From Mobula hypostoma (lineage: Eukaryota): 64,000 bases of DNA. A program made the position numbers and the translations under genes. The notes beneath the pieces were generated by a model that worked only from the letters and a program-made list of their open reading frames with translations, ran no database searches and was not told where the DNA came from. The DNA lies in contig NC_086097.1 of the NCBI RefSeq assembly GCF_963921235.1, positions 186,684,001 to 186,748,000 on the forward strand, in the 5' to 3' direction. Every line of letters starts with the position of its first letter. The first letter of the stretch is position 1. Positions 26,093-38,635 of this stretch are shown here, piece by piece.

Positions 26093-27078
26093 AAGATCCT
26101 CAAATAATTTCAGTGATTTGTTTCAACTATTACAATGGCCCCGTGAGAAATAAATGATATGGATTTTGTTCATTATATTCATACAAGACTCAATACAAGA
26201 TAGACTTCTCGATAACAATGGAAAAAAAAAATTTTCCAGAAGGACTGATAAGGCTTCAATGCCCAATGTACAATAAAACTCCTATAATTCAGCATGTTTA
26301 CTATCTCAGTTGTGGCGGAATAGCAAACTCTTAAGACTAATGGATGACATTTAACATTTTAAATTCACTTTTATTATCATAACAACAACGCTGGAAAAAC
26401 TAAGTACCCCAGACAACAATAAGAGAAAAAGAAACAGTCGACATTTTGGGTGTGCAATTCTTAATCAGAACTGGGAAAGAGAGAGTTCCAAGGTTGGTAT
26501 CAGTAAGAGAGGAGATAGGAAGGAATGTAAGTGATAGATGAGTCAAAATGGCTAATGGCAGTGGTTCCAGCACATTAAGCTTTTGGATCTAGGTAACAGA
26601 ACACAGAACAGTACAGCATAGGAAAAGGCCTTTGCGGTGGTGCTGAACCCATTAAATTAGTAATCAAATGCCCAATTACACCATTCCCTCCTGCCTTCAC
26701 TATATCCATATCCTTCCATTTCCTGCACTTTCATGCGACTGAGAACCTCTTGAATGCTTCTACCATATTTGCCTCCACCACCACTTCAGACAGCACATTC
26801 TAGACACCCACCACACTCTGTAAAAATATCTTAACCCCTCTCGTAATATCAATTTTCTCTCAGCCTCTGCCACTTCAGAGAAAGCAATCCAAGTTTGCCC
26901 AGCATCCCCTTAACAGCACATCCAATCCAAGCAGTATCCCGGTAAACCTTTTCTGCATCCTCACCAAAGCATTAACATCATTTCTATAATGGGGCAACCA
27001 AAACTAAATGCAATATTCCAGGATGTGGCCTAACTAGAATTTTATAAAGCTGCAACTTCACTTCCTGACTCGAACTTA

Positions 27079-28683
27079 CAAACCCCATTTCCAGAAAAGT
27101 TGGGATATTTTCCAAAATGCAATAAAGACAAAAATCTGTGATATGTTAATTCACGTGAACCCTTATTTAACTGACAAAAGTACAAAGAAAAGATTTTCAA
27201 TAGTTTTACTGACCAACTTAGTTGTATTTTGTAAATATACACAAATTTAGAATTTGATGGCTGCAACACACTCAACAAAAGTTGGGACAGAGTTAAAGTA
27301 AGATTAAAAAGTGCACAAAATATTCAAGTAACACCAGTTTGGAAGACTCCATATTAAGCAGGCTAATTGGTAGCTGGTGAGGTATCATGACTGGGTATAA
27401 AAGTAGCGTCCATCAAAGGCTCAGTCTTTGCAAGCAAGGATGGGTCGTGGCTTACCCCTTTGTGCCAAAATTCATGAGAGAATTGTTAGTCAGTTCAAAA
27501 GGAACATTTCTCAATGCAAGATTGCAGAGAATTTAGGTCTTTCAACATCTATAGTACATAATATTGTGAAAAGATTCAGAGAATTCAGAGACATCTCAGT
27601 GAGTGAAGGGCCAGGTCGGAAACCACTGTTGAATGCGTGTGATCTTCGAGCCCTCAGGCGGCACTACCTAAGAAACTTGTCATGCTACTGTGACAATTAT
27701 AGCCACCTGGGCTCGGGAATACTTCGGAAAACCATTGTCACTCAACACAGTCCATCGCTACATCCAGAAATGCAACTTGAAACTGTATTACGCAAGGAGG
27801 AATCCATACATCAACTCTATGCAGAAACGCCGGCAAGTTCTCTGGGCCCGAGCTCATCTCAGATGGACCGAAGGACTGTGGAACCGTGTGCTATGGTCAG
27901 ATGAGTCCACATTTCAGCTAGTTTTCGGAAAAAATGGGCATCGAGTTCTCCGTGCCAAAGATGAAAACGACCATCCAGATTGTTATCCGCGAAAGGTGCA
28001 AAAGCCAGCATCTGTGATGGTATGGGGGTGCATCAGTGCCCACGACATGGGTGAGTTGCATGTATGTGAAGGTACCATTGACTCTGAGGCGTATATTAGG
28101 ATTTTAGAGAGACATATGTTGCCATCAAGGCGACGTCTCTTCCCGGGACGTCCATGCTTATTTCAGCAGGACAATGCCAGACCACATACTGCACGGGCTA
28201 CAACAGCGTGGCTTTGTAGACACAGAGTGCGTGTGCTTGACTGGCCTGCCACCAGTCCAAATCTATCTCATATTGAAAATGTATGGCGCATCATGAAGAG
28301 GAGAATCAGACAATGGAGACCACGGACTGTTGAGCAGCTGAAGTCTTATATCAAGCAAGAATGGACAAAATTTCCAATTGCAAATCTACTACAATTAGTA
28401 CCCTCAGTTCCAAAACGATTAAAAAGTGTTATTAAAAGGAAAGGTGATGTAACACAATGGTAAACATGCCTCTGTCCCAACTTCTGTTGAGTGTGTTGCA
28501 GCCATCAAATTCTAAATTTGTGTATATTTACAAAATACAATTAAGTTGGTCAGTAAAACTATTGAAAATCTTTTCTTTGTACTTTTGTCAGTTAAATAAA
28601 GGTTCATGTGAATTAACATATCACAGATTTTTGTTTTTATTGCATTTTGGAAAATATCCCAACTTTTTTGGAAATGGGGTTTG
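27079..28683 (+). mobile_element. Tc1/mariner DNA transposon (1605 bp) with 214-bp TIRs and TA target duplication
   Basis: TIRs at 27079-27292 and 28470-28683 (CAAACCCCATTTCC...); TA at 27077-27078 and 28684-28685; AAAAGTTGGGA repeated at both ends of each TIR (IR/DR type). Confidence 0.97.
27440..28463 (+). pseudogene. Tc1 DD34E transposase with one +1 frameshift near 27677
   Basis: MGRGLPL...GRKP paired-like HTH region; WSDES, VMVWGC, FQQDNARPH-(34 aa)-E; two overlapping ORFs join at AGAAACTTGTCAT. Confidence 0.93.
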
Positions 28684-29696
28684 TAATTCTTCAACTAACA
28701 GAGGCCATATGCCTTCTTTATACCACCCTATCAAACTGTGCTGCCAAGTTCTTTCTGCACAACACCCTCTCAAGGGTTTGCTATTAACCGTGTACTGTCC
28801 CGTTACATTTGGTCTCCCAAAGTGCAACATTTCACATTTGACCAGGTTAAAATCTGTCATCTTTCTGCCCATATCCACAGTATCCTTTGTTAGCCTTCTA
28901 TGTTATGTACACCACCACCACCAATCTTCATTTTGTTTACAAACTTATTAGCCTATTCATCTGTTTTCATAATAGCAGAGGTCCCACTATGGATCGCTGC
29001 AGAACACAATGATCACAGATACCCAGCCAGATTACGTCCCATTGACCATTATCCTCTGTCTTTTGTAAACGAATTCTGAATCCAAATGGCTAAATCACCA
29101 TGGATCCCATAGCGTAAACCTTCTGGATGAGCTTCCCATGAGGGACCTTGTCAAACGCCTTATGATAATCTAGGTAGCGAACATCCACAGCTCTATATTC
29201 AAAGTTTAAAAGATCGAAGTAACTTTATTATCTAAGTACAATATGTTACCATATACTTCCTTGAGATTCATTTCCTTGCAGGCAAATACAGAACAAAATA
29301 AGAAATACAATAGAATTTACAGAAAAACTACACATAAATAGACAAAGACTGACAAACAGCCTTTGACACGAAGGTATGGTGAAAACCCAACAGTAACTCC
29401 TTTCTTTACCTCCAAAGATCCTACTAAATTAGCATGCTCCACACTGTTCTCCCTATCATCTACAATCTTCTCCTTGGTAAATACTGATGCAAAATAGGCT
29501 CTTAGAACCTTACCCTCCATCTCTAAGTTCAGTTTCCCTCCTTTGTTCTTGAGTGGTCCCAAATTATCCTTTGTTCTTGATGTATGTATAATGAGTTGTT
29601 ATGTCAGTAGGATAGGACAAGTGGAGCTCCAGAAAATCGAAATGGAGAACAGGAACCAGCCTCTAGCAAGTGGGATGGGAACATGGGGGCTGAGTA

Positions 29697-32600
29697 TAAA
29701 GTTCAAAGTTCAAAGTAAATTTATTATCAAAGTACATATATCACTGTACATAACCTTCAGATTAATTTTCCTGTACACATACTCAATAAATCCAATAACC
29801 ATAATAGAATCAATGAAAGACCACATCAACAGAGCAGACAACCAGTCAGCAAAAGACAACAAATTGTGCAAATATAAAATGAAAGAAAATAAAAGAAATA
29901 ACAATAATAAATAAGCAATAAATATCAAGAACAGGTGGGCAAGTGGGACCTGTACAAGAGATGGGTTACACCTGAACTACAAGGGGACCAATATCCTTGC
30001 AGGGAGGGAGGTTTGTTAGTGCCATTGGGGAGGGTTTAAACTAGATTTGCAAGGGGATGGGAACCAGAGTGCCAGAGCAGATAGTGGAGTGGGGGTGAAA
30101 GTAAATGATGTTAAAAGTTCATGCAGTCACAAATAGAAGGATTGTGTGTGGTGGTAATAATCTTCTGAGGTGTGTCTATTTCAATGCAAGGAGTATTGTG
30201 GGGAAGGCTGACGAGCTGAGGGCATGGATTGACACATGGAATTACAACATTATAGCCATTAATGAAACTTGGCTACAGGAGGGGCAGGACTGGCAGCTTA
30301 ATGTTCCAGAGTTCTGATGTTTCAGACATGATAGTGGCAGAGGAATGAAGGGTAGGGGGGTGGCATTGCTAGTCAGGGAAAATGTTACAGCAATGCTCAG
30401 GCAGGACAGATTAGAGGGCTTATCTACTGAGGCCATATGGGTGGAGCTGAGAAACAGGAAAGGTATGACCACATTAATGGGGTTGTATTATAGACCACCC
30501 AATAGCGAGAATTGGAGGAGCAAATCTGCAGAGAGATAACAGACAACTGCAAGAAACATAAAGTTGTGATAGTAGGGGATTTTAATTTTCCACATATTGA
30601 TTGGGATTCCCATACTGTTAAAGGTCTAGACGGGTTAGAGTTTGTACAATGTGTTCAGGAAAGTTTTCTAAATCAACATATAGAGGTACTAACTAGAGAG
30701 GATGCAATATTAGATCTCCTATTAGGAAATGAGTTAAGACAGGTAACGGAAGTGTGTGTAGGGGAACACTTTGGTTCCAGTGATCATAACACCATTAGTA
30801 TCAACTTGATCATGGATAAAGATAGATCTGGTCCTCGGGTTGAGGTTCTAAACTGGAAAAAGGCGAAATTTGAAAAAAATGAGAAAGGATCTAAAAAGCG
30901 TGGACTGGGACAGGTTGTTCTCTGGCAAGGATGTGATTGGTAAGTGGAAGGTCTTCAAAGGAGAAATTTTGAGAGTGCAGAGTTTGTATGTTCCTGTAAG
31001 GATTAAAGGCAAAGTGAATAAGAATAAGGAACCTTGGTTCTCAAGAGATATTGGAACTCTGATAAAGAAGAAGAGAGAGATGTATGGCATGTATAGGAAA
31101 CACAGAGCAAATAAGATGCTTGAGGAGTATAAAAAGTGCAAAAAAATACTTAAGAAAGAAATCAGGAGGGCTAAAAGAAGACATGAGGTTGCTTTGGCAG
31201 TCAAGGTGAAGGATAATCCAAAGAGCTTCGACAGGTATATTTAGAGCAAAAAGGTAGTAAGGGATAAAACTGGTCCTCTTGAAGATCAGCGTGGTCGGCT
31301 ATGTATGGAACCAAACGAAATGGGAGAGATCTTAAATGGGTTTTTTGCGTCTGTATTTACTAAGGAAACTGGCATGGAGTCAATGGAAATAAGGCAAACA
31401 AGTAGTGAGGTCATGGAACCTATACAGATTGAGGAGGAGGAGGTGCTTGCTATCTTGAGGCAAATCAGAGTAGATAAATCCCCAGGACCTGACAGGGTAT
31501 TCCCTCGGACCTTGAAGGAGACTAGTGTTGAAATTGCAGGGGCTTTGGCAGATATATTTAAAATATCAGTATCTATGGGTGAGGTGCCGGAGGATTGGAG
31601 GATAGCTCATGTTGTTCCGTTATTTTAAAAAGGCTCTAAAACTAATCCGGGAAATTATAGGCTGGTAAATTTGATGTTGGTAGTAGGTAAGTTACTGCAA
31701 GGAGTTCTAAGAGATAGGATCTACAAGAATTTGGATAGACAGGGACTTATTAGGGAGCGTTAACATGAGAGTGGTAGTGGAGGATTGCTTCTCTGAGTGG
31801 AGGCCTGTGACTAGTGGTGCGCCACAGGGATCGGTACTGGGACCATTGTTATTTGTCACCTATATCAATGATCTGGATGATAATGTGGTAAATTGGATCA
31901 GCAAATTTGCTGATGATACAAAGATTGGAGGTGTAGTGGACAGTGAGGAAGGTTTTCAAAGCTTGCAGAGGAATTTGGACCAGCTGGAAAAATGGGCTGA
32001 AAAATGGCAGATGGAGTTTAATACAGACAAGTATGAGGTATTGCACTTTGGAAGGACAAACCAAGGTAGAACATACAAGGTAAATGGTAGGGCACTGAGG
32101 AGTGCAGTAGAACAGAGGGATCTGGGAATACAGAAACAAAATTCCCTAAAAGTGGCGTCACAGGTAGATAGGGTCGTAAACAGAGCTTTTGGTACATTGG
32201 CCGTTATTAACAAAAGTATTGAGTATAGGAGTTGGAATGTTACTGTGAGGTTGTATAAGGCATTGGTGAGGCCGAATTTGGAGTATTGTGTACAGTTTTG
32301 GTCACCAAATTACAGGACGGATATTAATAAGGTTGAATCAGTGCAGAGAAGGTTTACAAGGATGTTGCTGGGACTTGAAATAATGAGTTACAGAGAAAGG
32401 TTGAATAGGTTAGGACTTTATTCCCTGGAGCGTAGAAGAATGAGGAGAGATTTGATAGAGGTATATAAAATTATGATGGGTATAGATAGAGTGAATGCAA
32501 GCGGGCTTTTTCCACTGAGGCTAGGGGAGAAAAACACCAGAGGACATGGGTTAAGGGTGAAGGGGGAAAAGTTTAAAGGGAACATTAGGGAGGGGCTTCT

Positions 32601-33240
32601 TCACACAGAGAGTGGTGGGAGTGTGGAATGAGCTGCCAGATGAAGTGGTAAATGCGGGCTCACTTTTAACATTTAGGAAAAACTTGGACAGGTACATGGA
32701 TGAGATGTGTATGGAGGGATATGGTCCAGGTGCAGGTCAGTGGGACTGGGCAGAAAAATGGTTCGACACAGCCAAGAAGGGCCAAAAGGCCTGTTTCTGT
32801 GCTGTAATGTTCTATGGTTCTAACAAGAGTCCTTGAAAGTGAGTCCAGAGGTGGTGGAAACAGTTCAGTGATGAGGCAAGTAATGTTGATTGAAGTTATC
32901 CCCTCTAGTTCAAGAGCTGAATGGTTAATGGGTAATAACTGTTCCTGAATCTGGTGGTGTGAGTACTGAGGCTCCTGTAGCTTTTTCCAGATAGCAGCAG
33001 CGAGAAGATAGCATGACCCGGGTTGTTGGGGTCCCTGATGATGGATGCTGCTTTCCTGTGAAAACGCTCCATGGAGATGTACCCAGTGGTTGGGAAGGCT
33101 TTACCAATGATGGATTGAACCGTATCCATTACTTTTCGTAGGATTTTCCATTCAAAGACATTGGTCTTTCTATAGCAGGCTGTGATGCAGTCAGTCAATA
33201 TTCTCTCCAACACACAACTATCGCAGTTGTCAAAATTTTC
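29697..33240 (-). mobile_element. Rex1/L2-type LINE 3' fragment (29697-29933 plus 32823-33240), split by a CR1 insertion
   Basis: Tail (TTCAAAG)n at left; LERILTDCITACY...TTRFRNSYYP at right. Confidence 0.7.
29934..32822 (+). mobile_element. CR1 LINE (ORF1 end and ORF2) with frameshifts and an internal RT deletion near 31760
   Basis: CVYFNARSI, IVGDFNFP, SDHN, KSPGPD, PQGSVLGPLLF...FADD; tail TGTTCTATGGTTCTA. Confidence 0.92.
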
Positions 33241-33726
33241 GTATTTGGCAAAGTGTGACGAATGTTATCAGGTGCGGTAGATACCAAACCATCAGGAGTT
33301 CCAAAATGCTGATAGCAGATTATCGGAGCTTTTCTGCGCTTCCATCTGTGCACCACCAAAAATGGCATCTCATAATGCCACGACTGCTTACAATGGTGTA
33401 GATATATATTGATAATATCTGTACTTAAAATATATAATTTGCAAAGTTTACTAAGATTATTCTTTCATGTTACATTTTTAAAAATGCAGGGCACCTATCA
33501 TAATTTCAGAATTGTAAAACTTGAAAACCTTGAAAATATTTGCATATATGTGTTTGTGTAACTTGATATATATAAATTTTAATTAAATGTTTAATTGGCA
33601 CTAACCATACTTCAGCAGGTAAAAGTCTGAAAGCTGATACAATAAAAAACAGTAAGTATTTATGAGGGAAAACATAAGATGAATGCTCAGTAAGTCTAAA
33701 TATTAATCTAATCCAAAACTGATTAC

Positions 33727-33784
33727 CTTGTTTCCAGTTTGCAATGAGATTTCTTCTGCTGTCTGCTTTAAAACATCCAGTTTT
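33727..33784 (-). CDS. DECR1: DECR1 exon 3 (58 nt)
   Basis: ttcag|A...AAG|gtaatc; encodes KLDVLKQTAEEISLQTGNK. Confidence 0.96.
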
Positions 33785-34904
33785 CTGAAAGACATTTAAG
33801 AATAATCACCTTTGATTATTTTGAATTGCAGAGCATTTATATTATATTGAAAGCCACTCGTTTAATGGAAAGCTCATGCATTTACCAAATTTAACCAAAA
33901 TTGCCTAACCATTGCCACATTCCTTGATGCCAAGGAACATTATCACCGACTGCCAGTCCTATTTGTTCCTTGGATGCCTCTCCATATTCAGTCCTAGAAT
34001 CCAAGCAGCACAATCGTTATTATATCTGGCTTACAACTGCTATTACCATCTACCACCAGATCTGACTTGATTGCATTGAGTGATACTATATCAACATAAA
34101 ACTACACAGCAGAAAATAGCAGACAGCAAAAAACTGCAGTACTGAAAACCTTAAATAAAAAAACAGCGAATGCTGTAAATACTTAACACTTTAGACAACA
34201 TCAATGAGGAGAAAATCAGTGTCTATGCTTCAGCTTGATGCCCTTTCGATAAGAAATCAATTTTTACCAGCACTTCTGATGAAAGGTTATCACACTAAAA
34301 TATTAAAGCTGTTTCTCTTTCCACAGATGCTATGTGACTTGCTAAGGATTTCTGACATTTTTATTTAATGACTATGTTTGTTCACCTAATGTCCACGACT
34401 GTCCATTTCTCACCTTGACAGATGACTAGTTAAGATGAAAACCATCATCTTTAGTCCTTCCTCAGAGTACCTCAGATACAATTAAACTGTCCACAGGCTT
34501 CACCTTCAAGTGTAAGTGAAGCTTTCAAATCCCAGACTGTTTACTATAAAATTCACTTTTGATTTCCTTCAGGACATCACCAACATCATACCAACTGCTA
34601 CTAAAACCGTCATCTCCAGATTTGTTTACTTCAGTACTCCTCCAATCTGGTCTCCCTCATTTACCCTGCATAAATACTAGCTCAAAGAAGTTCTATAGCC
34701 AAATTTTGTACATGTCAACAAGTTCTGTTTTCTTATTGCAACTATTCTTGCAGTCTCATAGTAGGCTTCCATTGACCAAGTAGCTAAATTTAACATTTGT
34801 ACACAAAAAGCTGGAAGAACTTCAGTAGGTAAGGGGAAACGGAGGGAAACGGATGGTCGAAGTTTCAAGTCATGACAGTTCATCAGGACTAGAAAGAAAG
34901 AGCT

Positions 34905-37860
34905 CAAAGTTTAAAGTGAATTTATTATTGGAGTACATATATGTCACATTATACAATCCTGAGATTCATTTTCTTGCAGGCAATTTCAATAAATCCATAA
35001 TAAAATAATAACCATAACAGAATCAATGAAAGACCACACCATCTTGGGCGTTCAACTAACAAACTGTGCAAATGCAAAAATAAAAGAAATAATAATAATA
35101 AATAAATAAGCAAGAAATATCGAGAACATATGATGAGGAGTCTGATGGCTGTTTGATGTTTAATGTTCTGTACGTTAGTTTTTTGCGCTTTTTACTGTTT
35201 GCGTGATTTGTACTGTTTTTGCAGGTTTGATGATCTTGTCGTGCTGGGTTTTTCTTTAAACAGGTTCTATGGCGTTTCTCTGTTTTGTCGCTGCCTGCAA
35301 GAAGATGAATCTCCAGGTTGTATACCTTGATAATAAGTGTACTTTGAACTTCGAAGAGTCCTTGAAAGTAAGTCAATAATGGGGCAAGTGAAGTTGAGTG
35401 AACTGCTTTGGTTCAGGAGCCTAATAGCTGTAGGGTAATACAGTTCCTGAACCTGGTGGTCTGAGGACGAAGGCTCCTGTATCTCTTTCCTAATGGCAAC
35501 AGTGAGAAGAGAGCACGTCCTGGGTAGTAGGGGTCCCTGATGATGGATGCTGCTTTCCAGTGACAATGTTTCTTGTAGATATGCTCTGTGATGGGGAAGG
35601 CTTTACCCACGATGGACTAGGCCGTATCCACTACTTTTTGTAGGATTTCAAGGGTGAGGGCATTTCCTTACCAGGCTGTGATGCAGGCAGTCAATATATT
35701 CATACACCACACATTCATAGAAGCTTGTCAAAGTTTTAGTTGTCATGCCGAATCTTCACAAAATTCTTAGGGAAGTAAAGTCGCTGCCATGATTTCTTCA
35801 TAATTGTACTTACGTGCTGGTCCCAGGAGAGGTCCTCTGAAATAATAACACCAAGAAATTTAAAGTTGCTAAACCTCTCCAACTCTGATCCCTCGATGAA
35901 GGCTGGCTCCTAGACCTCCAGCTTCCTTCTCCTGAAGTCAATAATCAGCTCTTTGGTCTTGCTGACTTCAAGTAAGAGGCTGTTGTCATGGTACCACTCA
36001 GCCAGTTTTTCAATCTCCCTTCTATATGTTGATTCATCACCACCTTTCATTTGGCCCATGACAGTGGTGTCGTCAGCAAATTTGAATATCAAGTCAAGTG
36101 AAGTTTATTGTCATTTAACTACATGTATGTAACATATATAACACATATAGAAATGAGACAATGTTTCTTCGAAAGCACAGTAGGTGTAAAGCACAGTAGT
36201 ACACATAACACACAATAACTTATGAAGGTAAAGATAAAATCTACAGATGAATCATGCATAAGCAACAAACTAACTTTTCTCAGAAGCCTAATTGCCTGGG
36301 GGAAGAAACTGTTTCTCATCCTGACTGCTGTTGTTTTTATGCATCATATTCTCCTTCCTGATGGTAGAAAGTCAAAGAGAATGTTGGATGGATAGGTGGG
36401 ACCCTTAATAATACTATGGACCTGCATATGTAGCGCTCCTGATAAATGTCCCCGATGGATGTTGGGGAGACCCCTATGATCCTCTCAGCTGTTCTCACAG
36501 TCCTTTGTAGGGACTTCCGGTCCAATGCTCAACCAGATGGAGATGCAATTCGTCAGGACACTCTCAACAGTGCTCCTGTAAAATGTAGTTAAGATGGTGG
36601 TGGTGAGGGGGGGGGGGAATCCTTGCTTGCCTCAGTCTTCTTAGGAAGTGGATTTGCTGCTGTGCCTTCTTGCTCAGGGAGGTAATATTAAGGGACCAGG
36701 TGAGGTCATCCGTGATGTGAACTCCCAGAAACTTGGTGCACTTAACTCTCTCTATGGAGGAGCCATGTATTCACAGAGGGGGATGGTTTCTCTGCACCTT
36801 CCTGAAGTCCACAATGATTTCTTTTGTCTTCTCCACATTCAGGCTTAGGTTATTCTTCTCACAGCAATCCACCAGCTGCTCCACTTCCTCTCTATACTCT
36901 GTTTTGTCACCATTCTTGATGAGGCCAACCGCTGATGTGTCATCTGCAAACTTGATGACACAGTCTGAGCTGGATCCTGCGACACAGTCATGTGTCAGCA
37001 GTGTGAACAACAGCGAGCTAAGCACACAGCCTTGGGGAGCGCCAGTGATCAGTGTAATAGGATGAGAGATGTTGCTGCCCACATGACCTGACAGTGGCCT
37101 TACTGTTAAAAAGTCCAGTATCCAATTGCAGACAGTGGTGTTGAGACCTAGCGAGGCCAGTTTCCCCACCAGTTTCTGGAGTATGATGGTACTGAACACC
37201 AACCTGAAGTCTATAAACAGCAGTCTGGCATATGAGACTCCATTTTGGCACTGGAGCTGTGCTTAGTCACACAGTCATAAGAGTAAAGCAAGTAGAGTAG
37301 GGGGCTAAGCACATAGCCTTGTGGTGCACCTGTGCTGTTGTAGGTTGTGGATGAGATCTTGTTGCCAATGGGGTCTGACTGGGGTCTGCAGGTGAGGAAA
37401 CTGAGGATCCAATTGTACAATGAGTTATTGCGCCAAGGTCTTGGAGCTTATTGATCAGTTTTGAGGGGACGATAGTATTGAATGCTGAGCTGTAGTAGAC
37501 AAAGAGCATCCAGATGTTCTAAGGTTGAGTGAAAAGAAAATGAAATGGTATCTGCTGTGGACCTGTTGCTCCAGTAGGCAAATTGGAGCAGATCTAAGTC
37601 ATTTCTCAGGCAGGTGTTTATATGTTTCATCACCAACCTCTCAAAACACTTCATCACTGTGGAGGTAAGTGATATTGAACAATAGTCATTAAGGCACATC
37701 ATCACATTCTTCTTTGGCACTGATATAATTGAAGCCTGCTTGAAGCAGGTGGGTATCTCAGACTATCTAATTGAGAGGCTAAAGATCTCAGCGAACACTC
37801 CAGCCAGTTGATCAGCACAGGTTCTTAGTACCTGGGCAAGTACCACAACTGGCCTGCATG
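34905..37860 (-). mobile_element. Nested Rex1/L2-type LINE fragments; a second element at ~36090-37225 sits inside the first
   Basis: FKFADDTTV...SKTKELIIDFRR, TGAPQGCVLSSLLF...KFADD, LTSTVMKCFERLV...LQFAY; (TCAAG)n tail at 36089. Confidence 0.8.
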
Positions 37861-38404
37861 CTTATTTTGGCCATCATTCACACCTAAACACAACAACGAA
37901 GGATTCAACTGCTTTGACCTCAGTAGGTGGTGTTCTCTTTCCTCCAATGACAACTAATTAACCCAGAGACTTTTGACAAAGTCACTTATCACCACTTTTA
38001 ACCACATTTTTCACTGGAAATCAATTTTTAAAACATTTTACAGAAACATTAAATGAGTTTTTAAAAGCAGCCTTTCCACTGCTGTAAAGTTTGCCAGATC
38101 TTCAGTGTCTTGCGTGTGACCAAGAAAGATCTTGACTGTCACATTCCTGAATACCAGTAAAATAAAACTACTAATCCAAAATTCTTCACCCTTTCCTGCT
38201 GTTTCAGTACATTCATTCACTTAAAACAGCACAAAATTGCAAAGCTAATGATCTTTTCACTGACTATAATTAGGATGTTCATTATTTCAAACATTACAAC
38301 AAATTGCACAAAATTTAATTGATTTATTCTACTCTTATTGGATTACTGATTTAAAAAAATTGCACTTATGAAAACTTTTGTTTGACCACACTTAATCTCA
38401 CTTA

Positions 38405-38635
<231 letters not shown>

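Larger units (their letters stand above)
26600..29190 (-). mobile_element. Degraded CR1 LINE, split by the Tc1 insertion
   Basis: CR1 tail near 26600; FNLVKCEMLHFGRPN remnant at ~28800-28870; sequence is continuous across the TA target. Confidence 0.7.

Noticed and set aside
27042..28951. Near-identical ORFs at 27042-27278 (-) and 28457-28951 (+) suggesting a duplicated gene
   Set aside because: They are translations of the two Tc1 TIRs
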